In this document: positions 50,124-64,000 of the stretch, piece by piece
Numbering within the stretch: position 1 is the stretch's first letter
How the letters are laid out: each line of letters opens with the position of its first letter
From: the human T2T-CHM13v2.0 reference genome, Homo sapiens
Direction: 5' to 3' (one strand)
Assembly: GCF_009914755.1 (NCBI RefSeq)
Contig: NC_060947.1
Length of the DNA: 64,000 bases
The notes under the pieces: generated by a model
Told to the model about the DNA's origin: nothing
What the model saw: only the letters and a program-made list of their open reading frames with translations
Databases searched by the model: none
Made by a program: the position numbers and the translations under genes

Positions 50124-51603
50124 TAAAAACCTTCAACTACAAATATATGGGAATTCTGGATAAACATAACAAATATCCCTTAAAATGCATAGCAGAGGTG
50201 AAATAATTAAATGTGAGGGGAGACAGGACAAAAAGAAAGTTGAAACCAAGTTGGCAAACTTGCATTCATATTTTGGCTGCCCTGGGGTAAAAGCAAACAA
50301 GAAGCAACGCAGAGATGAGAGATAAAAGGTCCCTCACTGAAAGGATGAATTATTATTCTACTCACCAGCAAGGGACATGATGAAGATACTTGTCAATACA
50401 AGCTAGACAATTTTTGCCCTTCCTCCTGCAAGTAGAACCTACATCAGTTGGGGAACACAGATGAACAGTGTCTCCAATGTGGCCTTCTGGGCAGGTGATA
50501 CACCTTAGAGTTCTGGGTTCTGTCTGAATAATTGAGTCTGGTCCTCATTTTTGGAGAGCTTGACTGTAGGGCAGTCAATCCAGCCTATTCTATTTGTCCA
50601 CACCACCAGCTTGAGGGCATGTGTCACCTCATGGAATGACCGAGAGACAGCTATAAGAATGGGATTGGGGAAGACATCTGAAGATGCTGACAGGTGGTTT
50701 GTGTGAAAGTTAGCTCTTTGTGTTAAAGTCAGCTCTTCCACTGTTTCTGATAGACTTCTCAGTAGGACAAAGGACAATGGTGACCAAATTGTAGTTAAAG
50801 CTGTCTAGCAGAGGACAGCAGACATAGAAGTCAGTTTAATTTAAAGTGTACAAGCAAAACAGTTATGGAGAGCCACACCAGGGAATTTTTCCTTCAAGAG
50901 GAAGGCTCCAGGGGTGTCTCTAAAAGATGAAAGATCATTAATGTTCCTCCTTCCCCTGTTCGCCTTGGCATCTGGGGTGTTTCCTCCCCAGGCACTGGCA
51001 TTGTTGTTCTCCCTCCACCTCCATAAAATTGGTGTGGCCTATTCCAGCAGTTATAACTTCACCCTTTCCCAGTCATCCATTACGCATATCCAGACCTTTT
51101 GTCCACAAAGGTCAGATGCAAGAGGGACAAGGATATTTTAATAAAACTTATAGAGACCCAGTATGTTCCCCCACTTTGGCCCTCCCATGTGGGTCATTGT
51201 AGGGTGGGGGGCCGGTGAGCAGTGTACTCAACCAAGTGGTCATTATCCTTATGATCTAGATGATGGCAGTCCAGCAAGAGAATCCAGATGGCTGAACTAG
51301 AATTAAGTTTCAATACTCTAGGTCCATTTTGAGCTGAGCTGCCATACAGAGAGTAAACCAACCAGGCTGGCTTGGGTTTCCCTTAAGGGAAAGAAAGAAG
51401 CAGCATGCCTAGAAATGATTACAAAAGTATTGAATTTTCAAAATAGATCTCTATAAACCTGACCCCTTTGTCCTGATCATTACTTAGGCAATAGCTGAGA
51501 AGGGACAGTTTTTTTTTTTTCTGGGGACAACTGCATTCAATGACAAATTGCCTTATTAAGGCATGTAGACCAGGAGGAGGTGAGGGAAGTAGAGTCAGAA
51601 ACC

Positions 51604-51908
<305 letters not shown>

Positions 51909-54900
51909 AGAAATCTTTTAAAGTAGATTTTGGAGGAGGTTGATCAGACTCAACAATACCAGATGCCTTTGGATGGTAGGGAGCATGGAAGGTCCATTGA
52001 ATACCTTGACAATCAGCCCATTGTGTGTGGCTTTTGCAATAAAAGGGGCATTATTGTCGGCCTGCAAATGGTCTGGGAAGCTGATCACATGACATAGATT
52101 AGTTTCAAGGGTCACAGTGATCTGTTTGGACTCTGCTGATCAGACTGGAATAGCAACACAGTAACCTGAAAAAGTGTCAACAGCAGTGAGGCCCTGCTGA
52201 TAGGCCCAAGAGGGGATCAAAGGTCCAATGTGGTGCGGTCAATCTTGCAGGAGCAGTGCCCTGTGCAATGTGGGCTCCTTTGCTATGAGACAGGAGTCCC
52301 AAGTCTGGTATGCCACGATAGCCTCGGCATCAGAAACATAAAGTCCTTCATTTTGTGCCTAGTTTATGAGGGTGGCTGTCTTGCCGTGTCTAGTCCAGGC
52401 AGCAATGATGGTAATCTGGGCAGTGCAGGTTTGATTAGCAGCTTGCTTGGTCTCATCAGAGAACAGGCCTTTCCATGGGCATCTACATGAGTGACCCAGA
52501 TGGTTTGATCAGCCAGCCATTTGTTTCCACAGTACATGGCCCCAGAGAAAGATGTCTTTAAACTGTCAGGCTATCATTTTCCATGTGGCAAACCAAACAA
52601 ATAGGCCATCGGCAATAGTCAAGAAGTCAGTAAAACCATAACAAGGTTCATCAAAGGAAGTATTGGTCGGAGCTATGAGAATGGCCTTGACTCTGCCCAT
52701 TAAGTGGAGCCACATTCATTTTTGCTTCTGCATAGCTGGTGGTGAGGTCGAATAGCTGCAGCATTCCAGTAGACACTACTGGGTTTCAGTTTAGTTGAAC
52801 CATCAGTGAACCAGGCCCAGGCATTAGAGAAACTTCTGTGAATCAACGGTCCCATGGAGTCAGTGGTTTTGCTTCAGGCAACCAAGTGGGGGATAATTGA
52901 ATGGGGATAACTGTTACTTTTTCATCTAAGTCAAGATGCTGCTTGGACCAGGTCAGCTGCTTTCTTGAATACATTTCCTTTTGACAAGGGAAGCTTATTG
53001 GGCCCATTCCGACCTGTTAGTCACTGAGTTTGAGTTAACCCACCCCAAAATGGGGATATAAGGCTGGAGAGTCACAAGGCCTCCATGAGGCAGGTGTTCA
53101 GTTTTGACAAGAGCCGTAGCAAGCTAATAGCTGGTTTTCAAAAGGGTTGTTTCTAGTAACCATATCAGGGAGACGACTAGTCCCAAACCCCAAGGGGTAT
53201 TTCTGGGTGGAAGCTGCCTCCCTTTGTCAGAGACTTCAATCAGCAAAATCATCTGCCATGATCATTAAGTTTATAGCACCCTAAAGGTAGAGAGCATGCC
53301 ACAACTTGCAGGACAGCTTCAAACACAATTTATTGGTTTAAGCCCCACTCAAAGGATGCTGATTTGGCAGGTTCACTGATATAAAGATCAAGTAGCATGA
53401 CTGAGTGAGGCACATACTGTTTCTAATACTCTAAGAGTCCAATAAGGTACTGGACTTCCTTTTTGATTTAGGGGACCAAAGAGATAGCAGTTTTTCCATG
53501 ACCACCACAGGGACTGAGTGTTATAAATCCATCCACATAGTTCCAAGAAATTTTGCTTGGTAAGCCAACAAGTCACCATCTGTATAGTGAAAGCTTCGGA
53601 CATCAAAAGGTAGAAGAACTCATGCTAAATCCTGACTCACCCACTGGTGACAAATGGCAGGAGAACTTAGGTACCCCTAGGGGAATGCCTATAATCATAT
53701 ATTGGAGGCCTTGCTACGTGAATGTGAACTGATATTGATCCTCAAGTGTCAGTGGGAAGGTGCTGGTAAAAGTCTAAGACAGCAAACCAGGTGTTATCAG
53801 CCTGTGTAATGGATTAATTTGTAGTTGCAATATCTGGAACAGCCATGGCTCTGAAAGCAACAACAGATCAGTCAGCAATAATCTACTGTAAGCCTTCACC
53901 ACCTGCTTCACTGGCCATACAGGGTTATTATATTGAGATAATGCCTTATTTTCCACCTCTGATGCCTTTAAGTCCTTAATCAAGGCTATGATTTCCCTTT
54001 CTCTTCCTGGGGTTCTTTAGCTTCTGTTGGACCATCAGGGAGGAGACAGAGAGGTGGGCTGAGAAGCAGTGTATACCTCCCATAAACATTTCTCTATATG
54101 CCACTCCTCTGAATCCTGAAAATCTCCCCTCACTCAACCCTGGCACTTATGGGATGGGGATACAATACATCAATTCCTACTGTACATTCAGATGCAGAAG
54201 TAAAAACCACAGTGCACTGAACTGGCCCAATGGACCCTACCCACAAGTTAGATTTCCTTCTTCACTGTGAACCCTGCCTAAGCACCATTAGCTGGATCTG
54301 AGGGCTTTTGCCTTCCCCAGGTCTGGGTAGGATAGTGACTTGAGCACCTGTATTCAACAGAGCCATAGCAGTTTGAATTTCTCACTTTCCCCAAATTCCC
54401 CTTGGATGAGTAGACATGGTTTTCAATTTTCTTTAGGGTCAGGAAAATCTTGGCCCCACCTCTAATAATCTTTCTTTTTAAAGTAGCTGAGTTTGGGGTA
54501 GAAGAGTGGGGAGGGATCAGGGACATGGAGGGAGAGAGTGGCTCTAAGCTATTAAATAAAAAACTTTGCATTTAGGGAGTGTGGCAGAAGCTTATGGTGC
54601 AACCAAAAATCTTTCAGTGTTTTTTCCTACTCACACTTTATACTGACTGAATAGAGATCCTGATGGTTGACACTACCAATTTCAGCTTTGGAGACCCCTT
54701 CACTCAGTCATAGCTGCATGTTTTATAGCTGAAGCTATTGGGTTTGTGACCCCTAGCTGACTTGACCCAGGCTTGCACAGCAGCAACCTTCTTTGAGAAT
54801 TCCACTTTAATTCAGGGCCTCTGCTGCCCCATCACCAAGATAACATCTCTTATGTTCTCACCTGGTTTCAACACAAGCGAAGTTTTCCAGGGCAGCAGCA

Positions 54901-55594
54901 TCTACCTAGGTTTGATGGGGTCAGCTTCTCATTCTCCAGTGGGTCACCTTTGCCAGCACTGTAAACCCAAATTCAAGGCAGTGAGAGCCTGAATACTACT
55001 CAATGCCTCATCTACGGTTTCCCATAGGAGTTTGTCTGTTTCAGGGAAATCTCCCTGAAAGGCCCACAGCTCCCTTATTGCAGCCAGGATCTATTGCAAA
55101 AAAAAAAAACCAAAAAAAAAAAAAAACAAACAAAAAAAACCTCTAAGACCTTCTACTGTTCTCTCCTAGTGGATCTAAGGCAGACACGATGGACCGCAGG
55201 AGGGGCTGAGCCATAAGACCCAGTTTACGTTGCCATTCTTCCTTGACAAGCATTACTAGCCGCACTTCCTCATCTCCCAAGTGAACCAGCCAAACTCCTA
55301 ATGATGTGCCTGGTTTCTGCCCATAGTGGTCATGAATTTCCCTCCTTCCACACATCTCTGCAATTGTTGTCTAAAAGAGGGCAGAATCTTTTATGTGCAC
55401 CAGACAATACCTAGTACTAGTTGTTACAGTGGGGCAGACCTGAGGGTAACTCCAAATTGTTCAGGAAGTTCTACACCTGCATTAGAGTTAGCAAGAACCA
55501 GGGCACCATTTGAGCAGTGGTCTTTGAATCTGCTTGCTGGTACTCAGCCTGCATCCACCTCTTCAATCCCCATCATGAACAGGCAATAAAGTGA

Positions 55595-56356
<762 letters not shown>

Positions 56357-56413
56357 TGAGAGGATAGGCAGTCTTGTGAGGAGCTGCCATACCGCCATTT
56401 CTCACTTGCCTTT

Positions 56414-58911
<2,498 letters not shown>

Positions 58912-59523
58912 TCATGTTTCTTGTCATTTGGCCTCTTTTGTTTGGGTGTCCTATTGTGGGACAAGGAATGCAGGGAGCTGACACCATGCTGTTGTTTCTT
59001 TTTCTGTCTATGTAAGTAATAAACTGTCTGAATCTAATCAGTGCTTGTTGTCCTCTTACCAGCCAAATCTGTAAGCCTGCTCAACACATTCTCACAGGGC
59101 AACTCTAAAGAGGACCAGGTAACACCTGCACGTGCAGTGGATTACATTATAGGAGAGAAACCCTGGACTTAGGGAATCTGAACCTTTCATAATGGGCAGT
59201 AATCATTCCTGCCCTTCACTCCAGAGGGAGGCTATTTTTATTATAGTGGACAGTAAGCATGCTTGCCCTTTTCTTTGGAGGGAGACACTACCTCTGTCTT
59301 TCAAGGATGCACTGTATACAAATATCCTGGAAAAGATAGTCCGGAACAAAGGACAGTACAGTGCCTTACTTGCAAGATGTGCAAGCACACAAGACCTATG
59401 AAGAACTGTCTCCCAACAAAGGATACATGCAGAAGGAGAAAAAACTCTCTTAAACAAAAAGAGGCAGAGCCGGCAGGGACCGAGCGGGTGCCTCAGTCTC
59501 CTTCCCCTCCCCTCGCCTGTCCT

Positions 59524-59672
59524 CGCCATCTTCTTCTCACAGCCGGACCGGAACTATGTGATCCCGGAAGTTCCGGGTCCTTTGGCCCTATATGATCCCG
59601 GAAGTTCCGGGGCTTTTGGACCTCTGTGATTCCGGAAGTTCCGGGGCGTTCCGGGGCGTTCTGGGGCCTTTG
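59524..59672 (+). promoter_or_regulatory. YY1 motif plus 3 x 34-bp tandem unit, each carrying CCGGAAGT (ETS/GABPA motif)
   Basis: cgccatctt at 59524; units start 59554, 59588, 59622; 10-bp gttccggggc x3 from 59638. Confidence 0.7.
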
Positions 59673-59691
59673 GAGCGTGGGATAAGCAGTA

Positions 59692-61149
59692 ATGGCGGAG
59701 GCTGCAGCTCCCGGAACAACAGCCACAACATCGGGAGCAGGAGCAGCAGCGGCGGAGGCGGCGGAGACGGCGGCAGCAGTCTCCCCGACTCCGATCCCCA
59801 CAGTCACCGCCCCGTCCCCGAGGGCGGGCGGAGGGGTCGGCGGCAGCGACGGCAGCGACGGTAGTGGCGGCAGGGGCGACAGTGGCGCGTATGACGGCAG
59901 CGGTGCGTGCGGCGGCAGCGACGCGTGCGATGGCAGCGGCGACAGCAGCGGCGACAGCTGGACTAAACAGGTCACTTGTAGATATTTTAAGTATGGGATT
60001 TGTAAGGAAGGAGATAACTGTCGCTACTCGCATGACCTCTCTGACCGTCTGTGTGGTGTAGTGTGCAAGTATTTTCAGCGAGGGTGCTGTGTTTATGGAG
60101 ACCGCTGCAGATGTGAACATAGCAAGCCATTGAAACAGGAAGAAGCAACTGCTACAGAGCTAACTACAAAGTCATCCCTTGCTGCTTCCTCAAGTCTCTC
60201 ATCAATAGTTGGACCACTTGTTGAAATGAATACAAACGAAGCTGAGTCAAGAAATTCAAATTTTGCAACTGTAGTAGCAGGTTCAGAGGACTGGGCGAAT
60301 GCCATTGAGTTTGTTCCTGGGCAACCCTACTGTGGCCGTACTGTGCCTTCCTGCACTGAAGCACCCCTGCAGGGCTCAGTGACCAAGGAAGAATCAGAGG
60401 AAGAGCAAACCGCCGTGGAAACAAAGAAGCAGCTGTGCCCCTATGCTGCAGTGGGACAGTGCCGATATGGGGAGAACTGTGTGTATCTCCACGGAGATTT
60501 ATGTGACATGTGTGGGCTGCAGGTCCTGCATCCGATGGATGCTGCCCAGAGATCACAGCATATACAAGCGTGCATTGAAGCCCATGAGAAAGACATGGAG
60601 TTCTCATTTGCTGTGCAGCGCAGCAAGGACAAGGTGTGTGGGATCTGCATGGAGGTGGTCTATGAGAAAGCCAACCCCAACGAGCACCGCTTCGGGATCC
60701 TCTCCAACTGCAACCACACCTTCTGTCTCAAGTGCATTCGCAAGTGGAGGAGTGCTAAGGAATTTGAGAGCAGGATCGTCAAGTCCTGCCCACAATGCCG
60801 AATCACATCTAACTTTGTCATTCCAAGTGAGTACTGGGTGGAGGAGAAAGAAGAGAAGCAGAAACTCATTCAGAAATACAAGGAGGCAATGAGCAACAAG
60901 GCATGCAAGTATTTTGATGAAGGACGTGGGAGCTGCCCATTTGGAGAGAACTGTTTTTACAAGCATATGTACCCTGATGGCCGTAGAGAGGAGCCACAGA
61001 GACAGCAAGTGGGAACATCAAGCAGAAACCCAGGCCAACAAAGGAACCACTTCTGGGAATTCTTTGAGGAAGGAGCGAACAGCAACCCCTTTGACGATGA
61101 AGAAGAGGCTGTCACCTTTGAGCTGGGTGAGATGTTGCTTATGCTTTAG
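59692..61149 (+). CDS. MKRN4P: Putative makorin-4 E3 ubiquitin ligase (485 aa): C3H zinc fingers, PAM2-like motif, makorin Cys-His, C3HC4 RING
   Basis: Uninterrupted ORF with good Kozak context gtaATGG; [36 protein letters not shown]...CNHTFCLKC...[25 protein letters not shown]; translation unproven. Confidence 0.8.
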   Translation: MAEAAAPGTTATTSGAGAAAAEAAETAAAVSPTPIPTVTAPSPRAGGGVGGSDGSDGSGGRGDSGAYDGSGACGGSDACDGSGDSSGDSWTKQVTCRYFKYGICKEGDNCRYSHDLSDRLCGVVCKYFQRGCCVYGDRCRCEHSKPLKQEEATATELTTKSSLAASSSLSSIVGPLVEMNTNEAESRNSNFATVVAGSEDWANAIEFVPGQPYCGRTVPSCTEAPLQGSVTKEESEEEQTAVETKKQLCPYAAVGQCRYGENCVYLHGDLCDMCGLQVLHPMDAAQRSQHIQACIEAHEKDMEFSFAVQRSKDKVCGICMEVVYEKANPNEHRFGILSNCNHTFCLKCIRKWRSAKEFESRIVKSCPQCRITSNFVIPSEYWVEEKEEKQKLIQKYKEAMSNKACKYFDEGRGSCPFGENCFYKHMYPDGRREEPQRQQVGTSSRNPGQQRNHFWEFFEEGANSNPFDDEEEAVTFELGEMLLML

Positions 61150-61446
61150 GCTGCAGGTGGGGATGACAAACTGACAGACTCTGAAAATGAGTGGGACTTG
61201 TTTTGTGATGAAGAATTTTATGTCTTAGATCTATAGAAACCTTGCGTAGTGTGTGAGCTGGTCTGCTGACCCCAGATAGCAGCTGTCCCCTGTGGTGGTG
61301 TGGCAGTGCCTATGTTCTCTCCTAGGCAGACCTATCAACTCCAGGTGCTGCGGTTAAGAATATGTACCCAGGGCCTGTCTTGTCAACCCCTCACCTTTCC
61401 CCAAGGAGTGTGTTGTTTTCCCTGTTGGAAAAAGTTACAAAAATAA

Positions 61447-61872
<426 letters not shown>

Positions 61873-62436
61873 ACACGAATTTAACTGTTGGACAGTTAGT
61901 TTAGATGTGTTGCATCATCTGTTTTCAACCAGATTGTGTTTATGGACTTTTCACACACTAATTTTGAGGACCCCAGGTTCAAAAGTAAAAGCAGTGGCCC
62001 TGCTTTGGGGTCCAATAATAGGAGTGATGGGTGAAGGGACCTAAGCTGGCCAGTAGCCTTCTGCTCCAGACATGGGACGCGGATCCTTGAGGTTTCTGGT
62101 TAAATCTGCACATCTGTGTTTTTATATCTGTTCCCTACCCCTGTAATCCCTACCGCATGCACTAGTTCTGTAGTTTTGGTCTCTCGTTTAATTGTATGCA
62201 AGTAGTACTACTGGGTAACCAGAGCCAAGCGTGAATGTGTTCAGATTTCTACTGTTTTGCATGATAGGAAAATTGAGAAAGAATACATATAAAAGATATA
62301 GAGGCATAACATCAATGCAGAGTTGGAAGTTGACCTCCACGGGGTGACATGGTGTGTGTGAGTGTGGGTGTGTGATAAGCTTCTCAAACCTGCATAGATG
62401 CAGTATTCTTGGCTTTGGTAGAAAGCCTTGGTTTAA

Positions 62437-62855
<419 letters not shown>

Positions 62856-62948
62856 TTAGCCATAGAGGTTAAAACTACCTGGTTATCCCATATATTAACC
62901 CAAACTGGGTCTTGGATACACAGTTGTATTTAATGTTTTACGATCTAG

Positions 62949-64000
<1,052 letters not shown>

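Noticed and set aside
59554-59672. 34-bp repeats as a CRISPR-like array
   Set aside because: Head-to-tail tandem copies with no spacers, in a mammalian retrocopy
59493-60120. 160- and 188-aa minus-strand ORFs with repeated PKAPELPG
   Set aside because: Antisense shadow of the GC-rich MKRN4P leader repeats and CDS; no independent support

Overview
Primate (human-like) genomic DNA made almost entirely of interspersed repeats, with no intron-containing gene. The only gene-derived sequences are two processed retrocopies lying head to head near the right end. One is a disabled TNIP2 (ABIN-2) copy on the minus strand (~56414-58395). The other is an MKRN1-derived copy on the plus strand (MKRN4P / ZNF127-Xp) with an uninterrupted 485-codon ORF (59692-61149); from recall this places the window at human Xp11.4. 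The remainder contains a full ERV1 provirus with LTR1-like LTRs (16020-31529) split by a 6.5 kb L1PB, a MER83-type provirus (37640-43019), an ERVL47-like provirus remnant (~50500-59418), a near full-length HSMAR1, MER6/Tigger3/Charlie/Kanga DNA transposons, solo LTRs and about 25 Alus. I find no convincing new biological system. The best leads are: (1) a triplicated ETS/GABPA-motif unit plus retained CpG-rich DNA upstream of the domain-complete MKRN4P ORF; (2) a young 256-bp inverted templated duplication with fold-back hairpins at both junctions; (3) env-like remnants in a class III ERV. Repeat subfamily names come from recognising consensus sequences from memory, not from a database search.
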